Part shown: positions 18,211 through 27,458 of the stretch, one piece after another | Layout of the letters: each line of letters begins with the position of its first letter | Numbering within the stretch: the stretch's first letter is position 1 | Assembly: GCA_050943115.1 (NCBI GenBank) | Contig: JBMNON010000005.1 | Coordinates: 369-64,368 of the forward strand | DNA: 64,000 nucleotides | Direction: 5' to 3' | From: Patescibacteria group bacterium | GTDB taxonomy: Bacteria > Patescibacteriota > Microgenomatia > UBA12405 | Notes under the pieces: generated by a model | Databases searched by the model: none | Seen by the model: the letters and a program-made list of their open reading frames with translations, nothing else | What the model was told of the DNA's origin: nothing | Translations under genes and position numbers: made by a program

Positions 18211-19371
18211 ATGGATTTGTCAAATGACCAAAAGAAGGCCCTGGTGACCTTAGAAGAATGGTTTTCTGATGCTAAAAAAGAACAGTATATAACCTTGGGA
18301 GGCTATGCCGGAACAGGAAAGACCACGTTGTTGGCCATACTGAGACAAAGCCTTAATAAAAAAAATAAAAAGTTAAGAGTGGCCTTTGCCAGTTATACCG
18401 GCAAAGCGGCAAGAATATTGAGAGGAAAATTAGTGGAACAAAAAGCCCTGATGAAGCAGGATACCGTAGGTACAATTCATTCCCTAATATATTCCCCTAT
18501 CGTTAATGATAAAGAGGAGATAATTGGCTGGAAAACAAGAGAGGTATTAGAGTGTGATTTAATAATTATTGACGAGGCGTCAATGGTAGATGCTTCAATA
18601 TGGAGAGACTTGAGGATTTATGGAAAACCAATAATTGCCGCAGGAGATCACGGCCAATTACCACCGATTAAGGGTTTTTTTAATTTGATGGAAAAACCGG
18701 TACTGCGGCTGGAAGAAATTCACCGTCAAGCCAGAGAGAATCCAATTATCAAGCTATCCATACTAGCTAGGGAAAGAGGAATAATTCCGGCAATTACTTT
18801 TGGTGAAAACATAAAAAAGGTCAGGCGGGATACTGTTGATACCCAAGAGCAAGTAGAAGAATGGCTGGCGAGTTACGATGCAAATACTTTAGTTCTATGC
18901 GGATACAATAATACAAGGGTAAGACTAAATTGTTACTTAAGGCAAGCACTGGAGTTTCGATCGGCAGAACCTGAAGCAAATGACCGAGTGATTTGTTTGC
19001 GCAATAATCACGAAAAAGAGGTTTTTAACGGAATGCTCGGGGTAATTATGAATATTAGTCCCAAAGATGATGATTGGTACAAGGCAGAAATTATGATGGA
19101 CGGTGAGGAAGATGTCTACGAAGGTTTAATTTACAGAAAACAGTTTTCCAGCAAAGAAGCGATAAACTTTACCAACAACAGGTACTTAACAAAAATTGGA
19201 GACTTATTTGATTTTGGCTATGCCCTAACCGTACATAAGGCCCAAGGCAGCCAAGCTAAAAGAGTGATACTTTTTGAGGAGAGGTTTTCAAAAATGACCG
19301 ACGACGAGTGGCGAAGGTGGCTATATACCGGAGTCACCCGGGCTGAAGAAGAGCTTTTGATCGTGGGTTAG
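18211..19371 (+). CDS. SF1B DNA helicase (RecD/Dda-like)
   Basis: GYAGTGKT, TIHS, IIDEASMV, GDHGQLPP, IHRQ, YALTVHKAQGS, LYTGVTRA. Confidence 0.93.
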   Translation: MDLSNDQKKALVTLEEWFSDAKKEQYITLGGYAGTGKTTLLAILRQSLNKKNKKLRVAFASYTGKAARILRGKLVEQKALMKQDTVGTIHSLIYSPIVNDKEEIIGWKTREVLECDLIIIDEASMVDASIWRDLRIYGKPIIAAGDHGQLPPIKGFFNLMEKPVLRLEEIHRQARENPIIKLSILARERGIIPAITFGENIKKVRRDTVDTQEQVEEWLASYDANTLVLCGYNNTRVRLNCYLRQALEFRSAEPEANDRVICLRNNHEKEVFNGMLGVIMNISPKDDDWYKAEIMMDGEEDVYEGLIYRKQFSSKEAINFTNNRYLTKIGDLFDFGYALTVHKAQGSQAKRVILFEERFSKMTDDEWRRWLYTGVTRAEEELLIVG

Positions 19372-19388
19372 TTTAGTATAATGATTAA

Positions 19389-20489
19389 GTGATTAAAAAA
19401 GTCATAGTATTGACGTTTGGCATACTTTTTCTGGTAACAGGGAGAGTTGGGGCCCAGGAGGAAGATATTCCTTTCAGAATAGAGGAAAACCTGGAGGCAC
19501 GAATAAGCAGAGTGTTGGAGGAAGAGGAAGTAGAAGTTATCGGCCAAAAGCAACTTTATCAGAAGTTGGAACTGGAAATCACGAAAGGAACATTAAAGGG
19601 AGAAAAAAGAGAAGTCGAAGTGGGCAACATGCCAATGGCTTTAAACCATGTATATAAGGTAAACGACAGGGTGGTGTTGGCCAGACAAAATGACCTTAAT
19701 GGTGAAGAGATGCTGACAATTGTTGATTTTGTCAGAAGAGACAGTCTGATTTTGTTATTTGGAATATTTACCTTGGTGACTTTGGTAGTGGCAAAGAAAA
19801 AAGGCGTAAGATCGATAGCCAGTATGGCAATTACTTTTTTGGTAATTTTTAACTTTATCCTGCCACGTATATTAAAGGGCAGTGATCCAATACTAATAAC
19901 AATTATTGGATCGTTGGGAATAATTCCTATAACTTTTTATCTGGCTCACGGAAACGGCAAAAAGACATCAGTAGCAATTGGGGCAACCGTAATTTCCCTA
20001 CTTATTACCGGTGTTCTGGCAACAGTTTTTGCTAATTTGGCAAATTTAACAGGAATCGCTTCCGAGGAGGCTGGGATATTACTGGCCATAAGGGACGGGG
20101 GGATGAATATGAAAGGGCTTTTGATGGCGGGAATGTTGGTTGGGGCATTGGGGATTTTAGATGATATAACGGTGTCCCAGGCGGCTATAGTAGAGCAGTT
20201 GGCAGCGGCGTCCGAAAAACTTAAATTTAGTGAACTTTATAAAAGAGCCATGAAAGTCGGGGAGGACCATATCGCTTCAATGATAAACACCTTGGTGTTG
20301 GTCTATGCAGGGGCTTCTTTACCTTTGTTGCTGATTTTTATCAACAACCCCCACCCTTTTTCCGAAATTGTTAATTATGAGTTTATTGCTGAGGAAATCG
20401 TAAAAACTCTTGTGGGAAGTATTGGCTTGATAACGGCGGTACCAATAAGTACACTAATGGCTTGCCTGGCGATAAAAGGCAAAGGATGA
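19389..20489 (+). CDS. YibE/F-family membrane protein
   Basis: DFVR, GALGILDDITVSQ, HIASMINTLVLVYAGASLP, LVGSIG. Confidence 0.92.
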   Translation: MIKKVIVLTFGILFLVTGRVGAQEEDIPFRIEENLEARISRVLEEEEVEVIGQKQLYQKLELEITKGTLKGEKREVEVGNMPMALNHVYKVNDRVVLARQNDLNGEEMLTIVDFVRRDSLILLFGIFTLVTLVVAKKKGVRSIASMAITFLVIFNFILPRILKGSDPILITIIGSLGIIPITFYLAHGNGKKTSVAIGATVISLLITGVLATVFANLANLTGIASEEAGILLAIRDGGMNMKGLLMAGMLVGALGILDDITVSQAAIVEQLAAASEKLKFSELYKRAMKVGEDHIASMINTLVLVYAGASLPLLLIFINNPHPFSEIVNYEFIAEEIVKTLVGSIGLITAVPISTLMACLAIKGKG

Positions 20490-20490
20490 A

Positions 20491-20919
20491 ATGAGACTTT
20501 GGAGTTTTAGTCCAAGGTACTTAGACAGCAAAGGATTGGTGGCATTATGGCGCGAGGCATTACTAGCAAAATCGGTGTTGGAGGGGAATACTAGAGGTTA
20601 TCGTAAGCACCCGCAACTAGTTAGGTTTCTTAAATGCCGAAGACCAGGCGGGCTAATAAATATATATTTAGAAGATGTGTGGGAAGAAGCAGAAAGGAGA
20701 GGTTTTAATTTTGATAAGAGGAATATCGGTGAGGGTTGCGATGACAAGGCAACCGTAACCAAGGGGCAAGTAGAGTATGAATTCGAGTGGCTAAAGGAGA
20801 AATTACAAACCAGAAATAGAGAGAAATTAAGTGAACTTGAGGGAGTGAGGGAGATTGAGATAAATCGGGCGTTTGAGGTAGTGGAGGGCGATGTCGAGAG
20901 CTGGGAAGTCTTAAGGTGA
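20491..20919 (+). CDS. pyrimidine-dimer DNA glycosylase / T4 endonuclease V-like protein
   Basis: MRLWS...YLD.KGLVALWREALLA, GYRKHPQL.RF, EAERRGFNF. Confidence 0.88.
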   Translation: MRLWSFSPRYLDSKGLVALWREALLAKSVLEGNTRGYRKHPQLVRFLKCRRPGGLINIYLEDVWEEAERRGFNFDKRNIGEGCDDKATVTKGQVEYEFEWLKEKLQTRNREKLSELEGVREIEINRAFEVVEGDVESWEVLR

Positions 20920-22160
20920 TTGACATACAGAGGTTTTATAATAGGATAGTGAAAAAGTATATTTTTGTCGGTTTATTGATATTTTCATTTTTATTTTTAA
21001 GGTTATGGAGGATTGAAGAGAGGGTAAATTTTTCAATGGATCAGGGAATGTTTTTGCTGAGAGCAAAGGAAATATGGGATGATAAGGAGTTGACTTTACT
21101 AGGACCGACAGCCTCCCCCGTTGTGGACAATAAACAGTTTTTCCAAGGACCGGCAATCTACTATTCTCTTATTGGAGTGATGCTGCTGTCGTCTTGGGAT
21201 CCAATACGGGCTTCAATAATAATGGTGATTTTAAGCGGTGTCGGAGTAGTTTTTTTATATTTATGGGCAAAGATTGTAGCCGGCAGGAGAGCCGCTGCCA
21301 TGGCGGTTACTATTGCGACTTTTTTAACCTGGCATATAAGATACTCTAATTTCTTGTGGAATCCCAATTTTCTTCTATTGTTAACCCCAGTATTTGGTTG
21401 GTTGGCCGCGAAAAGCGAGAAGGCGAAGAAATGGATATGGTTTTGGGGCAGCGGATTGGTCCTTGGTTTAATGTTACAGTACCACTATCAAGTTGGCATA
21501 ATAGTCGGCGGCTACCTTGGGTACTTAATCTTTAAGAAGACGGGGTTAAAGGACTTGGTTGCGGTTGCGGTGGGAGCTGGTGTCGGATATCTGCCAATTA
21601 TTGTTTTTGAATTGAGAAATAATTTTTACAACAGCAGAATAATATTCCAGTGGATAGTTAAAGGAGGGAGCGATACGAATATAAGTTTCCATTATTTTCT
21701 AGTGTTAATGCCATTTATTTTAGTGTTAACCGGAGCAATTCTGAATAAATTAAACAGAGTAATTGTTTCTAGCGCCATTGCTATATTAATTGGAGTGAGT
21801 GTCTATAGTGTGGTTTGGGAAAACCAAGCGTGGGGAATGCCAAAAGGCTGGAATTATAAGAAGCTAGAAAAGGCGGCAAACATTGTTGAAAATCAAGCCG
21901 GTGAAAATTTTAATATCGTAAACCTGTTGTCCGGTGATACGAGATTTTATTCATTGAGATATATTTTGGAGATTAAGGGGAGAATTCCGAGAAAAGTGAG
22001 TGAATACGAGAATGTTGATCAATTATTTTTAGTGGGAGAAGATAGCGGACTTGAAGTGGCAAACGAATTGTGGGAGGCGGCAACTTTTAATGACGCTGAC
22101 CTTGTGGAAAAATGGAATTTTGGAGATGGGATATTTCTGCATGAGTTCGTCAAACAATAG
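20916..22160 (+). CDS. GT-C (ArnT/PMT-like, GT39/83) glycosyltransferase
   Basis: F.MDQG, LLGP, FQGPAIYY, WNPN, multiple TM helices. Confidence 0.8.
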   Translation: MIDIQRFYNRIVKKYIFVGLLIFSFLFLRLWRIEERVNFSMDQGMFLLRAKEIWDDKELTLLGPTASPVVDNKQFFQGPAIYYSLIGVMLLSSWDPIRASIIMVILSGVGVVFLYLWAKIVAGRRAAAMAVTIATFLTWHIRYSNFLWNPNFLLLLTPVFGWLAAKSEKAKKWIWFWGSGLVLGLMLQYHYQVGIIVGGYLGYLIFKKTGLKDLVAVAVGAGVGYLPIIVFELRNNFYNSRIIFQWIVKGGSDTNISFHYFLVLMPFILVLTGAILNKLNRVIVSSAIAILIGVSVYSVVWENQAWGMPKGWNYKKLEKAANIVENQAGENFNIVNLLSGDTRFYSLRYILEIKGRIPRKVSEYENVDQLFLVGEDSGLEVANELWEAATFNDADLVEKWNFGDGIFLHEFVKQ

Positions 22161-22217
22161 GTTGAACGAGTTGGTCAACACGGTGTCTCACAAAGCAAAT
22201 TAATGATAAATTAAGTA

Positions 22218-24155
22218 ATGGATTGGATATTATTTTTCTTATACTGGATTTGGGCAATCGTGGTGTTTTTCTTAGCTTTTTACATTCCGGGAAGATGGGT
22301 ACTGACAAAGATTAATGAAAAAACAGATATAAGATCGACAAGTGTTTTAACATTGATTACTGGGATAGCCTTGTGGGGATTGCAGGCATATGTTTTTGGG
22401 TATTTAAAAGCAAGATACTTAACTTACTTATATTTAATTATGGGCTTGTTGTGGTGGCTTGTTAACTTTAAAAAAGAGATTGCATTTGGTAAAAAAATGA
22501 TTCGTTCGTGGCTAGAAGATAAGTGGCTACTTATTATAATTGCATCAGGAATTGTGGTTGTGCTTGCAGGAGTTTTTAGCAGTGGGCTACCAAATAAGGA
22601 AGGATTGTGGATATTCGGAATTAACGTAATTGATGGGTCCTACCATTTATCACTAATAGAATCACTAATAAAGGGTATACCACCGAGAGAACCCGGTATG
22701 GTTGGGGTCGAGGTGGCGAACTATCACTATTGGTCTGATATGGTGTTGGCCGAACTAATCAGGATATTTAAGATCCCGGCAATTAATTTGTTTTACCAGT
22801 ATTTTCCGGTTTTAAATGCCGTATTGTTAGGACTTGCCTCTTACGTTTTAGCAAGAAAAATTGGCAAAGATAAGATTTGTGGTAAGGTCATGGCAGCTTT
22901 AATGTATTTTTCTGGGAATTGGGGATATTTACTCATTTTGTTATTGCAGGGAAGACTGACTTTTGAAATGAAATCATTCGATAATGGCGCAATACTGTTT
23001 ACAAATCCACCAAGAGCTTTAGCAGAATTGATTTATTTGGGATCAGCACTGAGTGTATTTTTATGGTTAAAAAGAAAAAATCTCGGATGGGGGTGGTTAA
23101 CGGCACTGCTGGTAGGGGTGGTGGTTGGCTTTAAGGTATATGTAGGCATAGTGGCAGCTTTGGGTCTGGCTGGTCTTTTTGTTTACTGGTGCATAAAGAA
23201 GAAATGGAAAAGGTTGTTACCAATCGTAGCAGCAGGCTTGCTTTCGATAGCTGTATTTTTTCCCGCAAATTCCAAAGCCGGAGGAATTAGATGGTCTCCC
23301 CTGGCTTGGCCAAGACATTATTTTGCCCAAGGAGAAGCAAGTACATTGATGTGGCATTTACAAGAAAGGGTGTTTACAGATCATGACAACAAGCCAAGAT
23401 TAATTCTTCTATACATTCAAATGCTAGTGGCATTTTTTGGTGTGATCTACGGATCGAGAATGTTGGGATTGTTAGGTCTAAATATTTTGAAAAAAAAGGC
23501 GGGTCTAGAGTTTTGGATATTTTGGGTAATTCCGCTTGTGAGTGCAATATTCTTGGCAACTTTTTTCCTTCAGGATTCAGGGGCTTTTGAAATATTTAAT
23601 TTATATGCGGTGGCTGGGGTTAGCTTGTCCTTATTATCTGCATTGTGGTTAAAAAACTTTAAAGGAAAGAGACAGTTAGTAATTATTATTTTGTTTATAG
23701 TGGTATCGCTACCTAAACCAATTTCACAAGCTGTTAATTATATAAAAATATTTAGAGAAAAGAATAACAAGGCATGGCTTTTTACGAATAATGAATTGGA
23801 ATTATTTCGAAAAATGAGGCAAGAAATTGGAGAAGATGAATTAGTAATACTTAATCCCGATGACTCAATTAATCAATATACTCCATATTTGGCGGCTTTT
23901 ACTGGGAATAATTTATATTTTTCGGGAGCTGGCGTGCTTAGAGCTCATGGCTTGGATGTCTCACAATACGAAGAACAATTGAATAGAATTTGGTCCATGC
24001 CAGAAAGTGAATTTGTAAGGGCGGCCAAGGAACGAGGGATCAGATATATGTTCTCAAGAGGAGGCAATGACCCACAATGTTTGGAAAAAGGTAGTTTTTT
24101 TGAATTGGTTGATTCTTCAGGAAACAGCAAGTTATATAGAATAAAGTATGAATAG
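22218..24155 (+). CDS. large polytopic membrane protein, probable GT-C fold
   Basis: About 13 TMs; D..YHL.LI, PP..P, NYHYWSD, GFKVY. Confidence 0.65.
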   Translation: MDWILFFLYWIWAIVVFFLAFYIPGRWVLTKINEKTDIRSTSVLTLITGIALWGLQAYVFGYLKARYLTYLYLIMGLLWWLVNFKKEIAFGKKMIRSWLEDKWLLIIIASGIVVVLAGVFSSGLPNKEGLWIFGINVIDGSYHLSLIESLIKGIPPREPGMVGVEVANYHYWSDMVLAELIRIFKIPAINLFYQYFPVLNAVLLGLASYVLARKIGKDKICGKVMAALMYFSGNWGYLLILLLQGRLTFEMKSFDNGAILFTNPPRALAELIYLGSALSVFLWLKRKNLGWGWLTALLVGVVVGFKVYVGIVAALGLAGLFVYWCIKKKWKRLLPIVAAGLLSIAVFFPANSKAGGIRWSPLAWPRHYFAQGEASTLMWHLQERVFTDHDNKPRLILLYIQMLVAFFGVIYGSRMLGLLGLNILKKKAGLEFWIFWVIPLVSAIFLATFFLQDSGAFEIFNLYAVAGVSLSLLSALWLKNFKGKRQLVIIILFIVVSLPKPISQAVNYIKIFREKNNKAWLFTNNELELFRKMRQEIGEDELVILNPDDSINQYTPYLAAFTGNNLYFSGAGVLRAHGLDVSQYEEQLNRIWSMPESEFVRAAKERGIRYMFSRGGNDPQCLEKGSFFELVDSSGNSKLYRIKYE

Positions 24156-24744
24156 AAAAAAGCTAATTGTTATTTCAGGCTTATCAGGAACGGGGAAAAC
24201 TACACTTGGTCGATATTTATCAGAAGAGTTAAACTTCCCTTTTATAAACAAAGATAGCTTAAAAGAGATAATGTTTGACAAAATCGGCTGGAAAGACAGA
24301 GAGTGGTCACAGAAATTAGGAGCGGCTTCATATGGAGCAATGTATTATCTTGCTGAGGAATTGATCAAATGTGGTTGCAGTGTAATTGTTGAGAGTAATT
24401 TTCGAGCTGAAATTGATGGTGAGAAGCTGAGGAATTTGGGGGGTAGATATGGTTGCCAAATAATTGAAGTGTTATGCTGGGCAGAGGGTGGTGCTTTATT
24501 TGAAAGATTCAAGAAAAGAGCTGAATCGGGAGAAAGGCATCCGGGCCATGTCGACCATTTATGCTATGAAGAGCAAGAAAAAAGGCTTCTGGTAGGTAAG
24601 GCCCAGAGTTTAAGGGTCGGAAGAGTAATCGAGCTAAATACGAGCGACTGGGAAAAGGTGGATTATAAGGGGGTGTTAAGAAAGGTGAGGCAAGAATTGG
24701 GTATAATTGGGAATGTATCCAGGACGAAGGACAAAAAAAATTAA
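24148..24744 (+). CDS. P-loop kinase (AAA_33-like)
   Basis: GLSGTGKTT, INKD.LKE, VIVESNF, RHPGH. Confidence 0.85.
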   Translation: MNRKKLIVISGLSGTGKTTLGRYLSEELNFPFINKDSLKEIMFDKIGWKDREWSQKLGAASYGAMYYLAEELIKCGCSVIVESNFRAEIDGEKLRNLGGRYGCQIIEVLCWAEGGALFERFKKRAESGERHPGHVDHLCYEEQEKRLLVGKAQSLRVGRVIELNTSDWEKVDYKGVLRKVRQELGIIGNVSRTKDKKN

Positions 24745-25315
24745 AGAGGTGATCAGGAAACGACAAGAAGGAGTGGTTGTTTTGGAAGATATCCATGATC
24801 CACACAATGCTGCAGCAGTTTTGAGGAGTGCTGAAGCATTGGGGTTTCAGAAAGTGTACTTTATTTTTGAACAAGAAGAAAAATTTAACCCAAGGCAGGT
24901 GGGAAAATCATCCTCCAGCAGCGCCAACAAATGGCTTGATTTTAAAAGCTTTAGTTCAACAAGAGAAGCTTTAAATGAGCTAAAAGAGGGCGGGTACAAA
25001 ATCGTAGCAACAGTGATTGATAAGAAGGCTAAGAGTATTTACGAAACTAGTTTTTGCGAAAGAAAGATGGCGATTTGTTTTGGGAACGAACACAGGGGTT
25101 TGTCGGATACTGCCAAAAAAATGGCGGATACGATAGTGTGTATACCAATGGAGGGAATGGTGCAAAGTTTAAATTTATCAGTTACTGCCGCAATCTTTAT
25201 GTACGAGATCAGCCGCCAAAGGAGGGGCTTTGGAAGAGAAAAGTTTGTTATGGATGAAGAAGCAAGAAAGGAACTGGAGGAAAGGCTTATTAATAAACAG
25301 CCCTGGAATTCATAG
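24713..25315 (+). CDS. trmH: SpoU/TrmH-family RNA methyltransferase
   Basis: LEDIHDPHNAAAVLRSAEALG, FGNEHRGLS, IPMEGMVQSLNLSV. Confidence 0.9.
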   Translation: MYPGRRTKKIKEVIRKRQEGVVVLEDIHDPHNAAAVLRSAEALGFQKVYFIFEQEEKFNPRQVGKSSSSSANKWLDFKSFSSTREALNELKEGGYKIVATVIDKKAKSIYETSFCERKMAICFGNEHRGLSDTAKKMADTIVCIPMEGMVQSLNLSVTAAIFMYEISRQRRGFGREKFVMDEEARKELEERLINKQPWNS

Positions 25316-25949
25316 TATTGTTGGTATTGAGTAAATTTTTGATAGGATTGTAGGAAAAGCGATGAATGGGAGAGGGACCATGAGCTTTTAGTGCTTCCAG
25401 GTGAGCCTTGGTGCCATAACCTTTGTGAGAAGCGAAGCCATATTGAGGATAGACTTGGTCAAAGATGTTCATTTCCTTATCGCGAATGAATTTGGCAACG
25501 ATTGAAGCCGAGGCAACCGAGAAGCAAGATTTGTCGGCACCAACGACAGAGACATACTTGGAGGATTCAATATGAAGATTGCCGTCTATAATGGCAAAGT
25601 CAAAACGACCACTAAACTGGGAAAGGGCGTTTTTGAAGAGGTTTTTAATAACTTGACCTATCCCCTGTTCATCTATTTCTTTGGAGCTTGACGAGAAGGT
25701 CTTGTAAGTAAAGTGTTGAGATTGAAAGTATGAATAAATTTTCTGACGATTTCTTGGAGAAAGCATTTTACTGTCGCGGACACCTAGATTATGGAATGTT
25801 TCCGGATTAAAGGAGTTTAGCTCAATAAGAAAGGCACCAACAGTAACAGGGCCAGCCCAAGGGCCACGGCCAACTTCATCAAGACCCAAAATATAACGGG
25901 CATCGGAGGGTAAAAGCGATTTTTCGAATTCAAATGAAGGAGAAATCAT
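25290..25949 (-). CDS. rnhB: ribonuclease HII
   Basis: GLDEVGRGPWAGPV, RDSK, IDG, ASASIVAK, HKGYGT, IHRFSY. Confidence 0.97.
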   Translation of the reverse strand: MISPSFEFEKSLLPSDARYILGLDEVGRGPWAGPVTVGAFLIELNSFNPETFHNLGVRDSKMLSPRNRQKIYSYFQSQHFTYKTFSSSSKEIDEQGIGQVIKNLFKNALSQFSGRFDFAIIDGNLHIESSKYVSVVGADKSCFSVASASIVAKFIRDKEMNIFDQVYPQYGFASHKGYGTKAHLEALKAHGPSPIHRFSYNPIKNLLNTNNTMNSRAVY

Positions 25950-26335
25950 AACCCTGTCCCTAATTTTAATATTAGCTCATGCCGAAGTTTTGGCTGAGAG
26001 ACAAAGTAGATAGCGTCCATGCCAAAATCGAGGGCTCTGTGAACATTGACACGGGAGTCATCGATAAGCAAGCAATCAGACGCGGACACATTGGCCAGGT
26101 CAATAAATTTTTGATACAAACGGGAATCGGGCTTAAGAAGACGGGTTTGACCGTAATAGAGAATGGGGTAAAAAAGACCAAGATCAGATATTTCTCTTGG
26201 AACCGATGAATAGTTGGAAATAATACCAAGACGGTAGCCTTTTTGAGTTAACTGGCGGCATAATTCAACCATTTTTTCGTTAACACGGCCTTGGGTGAGG
26301 AGGACACCACCTATATCAAAGATCAAATATTTCAT
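25946..26335 (-). CDS. short (cap-less) HAD hydrolase
   Basis: FDIGGVL, IISN, LKPD, IDDS..NV. Confidence 0.82.
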   Translation of the reverse strand: MKYLIFDIGGVLLTQGRVNEKMVELCRQLTQKGYRLGIISNYSSVPREISDLGLFYPILYYGQTRLLKPDSRLYQKFIDLANVSASDCLLIDDSRVNVHRALDFGMDAIYFVSQPKLRHELILKLGTGL

Positions 26336-27423
26336 TTACAAAGCCTATCAGAAACCGGAGTTTCATTGGTGACAAGCTCCAGTCCCCTATTGGTATTTTC
26401 AAAGGTGATGGAAGGTGTGACCTGAACAAAACGGGCTTTGGAGTGAAGCTGTTTTATGTTAAAAGCGCCAGAGTAACTTAGACCGGAACGAATTCCTTTG
26501 TCCAAACAAGAGAGGACTTGGGCAACGGGGCCTTTGTATTCAGCCAGAGTTTCCACTCCTTCAACATAATTAACATAATCCGAGTGCTTGCCTGAAGCAT
26601 CTTTTTTAAGCTGATTGATTTTTTCAGTTTTTGAAGTCGAACCGTTGTAGGCTTTATATTCAAGTCCATTAATTTTAATAATATTACCCGGGGTTTCGGC
26701 AGTACCGGCAAGAAGATAGCCGGTAGAAACAGCAGAGGCGCCGGCAGCCAAAGCTTTGACAATATCGCCTGAATTTTTCATGCCACCGTCAGCAATAACA
26801 GGAGTGTTAAACTTTTGGGCAATGCTAAAAACTTCCATGATTGCGGTTAATTGGGGCATCCCAGATCCGGTTTGAATCCGCGTGGTACAAATTGAACCAG
26901 GACCGACCCCAACCCGAAGAGCATCGGCCCCGGCTTTTATCAAGTCAGAGGCCGCTTGGGAGGTAGCGATAGCACCGGCAATAATTTCGATACCTTTAAA
27001 CTGTTTTTTGAGGTAGCTAGCAAAGTTAAGTACACTTTCAAGATGGCCATGAGCAACGTCAATCAGAAAAACCCGAACACCAATATCAAAGAGAGCCTGG
27101 AAGCGACTGACCTCTCCGTCCTTAATACCAATGGAGGGAATGGTGAGACAGCCGGCATCAAGGACCTGTTTCACTTGTACAACCTGGTTTTCAATAGTAG
27201 AGAACCGAGGGTAAAAACTGAGGGCACCAAAACGGGAAAGGGCTATGGCCATATCGACATTGGTGACAGTGTCCATATTAGTGGCAATAACGGGGAAGTT
27301 AATTTTAATTTTGGGAGTAAGGTTGGTAGAAAGGTCAATGTCGTTTCGTGATTTAACGGACGAGCGTTGCGGAGTGAGGAGGACATCATTAAAAGTAAGA
27401 GCTTGAGGGATATTTTTTGTCAT
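26332..27423 (-). CDS. guaB: IMP dehydrogenase / GMP reductase family, no CBS domains
   Basis: LTFNDVLL, NMDTVT, IDVAHGH, GVGPGSICTTR, IADGG, SGLSYSGA. Confidence 0.85.
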   Translation of the reverse strand: MTKNIPQALTFNDVLLTPQRSSVKSRNDIDLSTNLTPKIKINFPVIATNMDTVTNVDMAIALSRFGALSFYPRFSTIENQVVQVKQVLDAGCLTIPSIGIKDGEVSRFQALFDIGVRVFLIDVAHGHLESVLNFASYLKKQFKGIEIIAGAIATSQAASDLIKAGADALRVGVGPGSICTTRIQTGSGMPQLTAIMEVFSIAQKFNTPVIADGGMKNSGDIVKALAAGASAVSTGYLLAGTAETPGNIIKINGLEYKAYNGSTSKTEKINQLKKDASGKHSDYVNYVEGVETLAEYKGPVAQVLSCLDKGIRSGLSYSGAFNIKQLHSKARFVQVTPSITFENTNRGLELVTNETPVSDRLCK

Positions 27424-27458
27424 ACGAAATAAGTATAACAGGCAGGTTAAAATAGATT

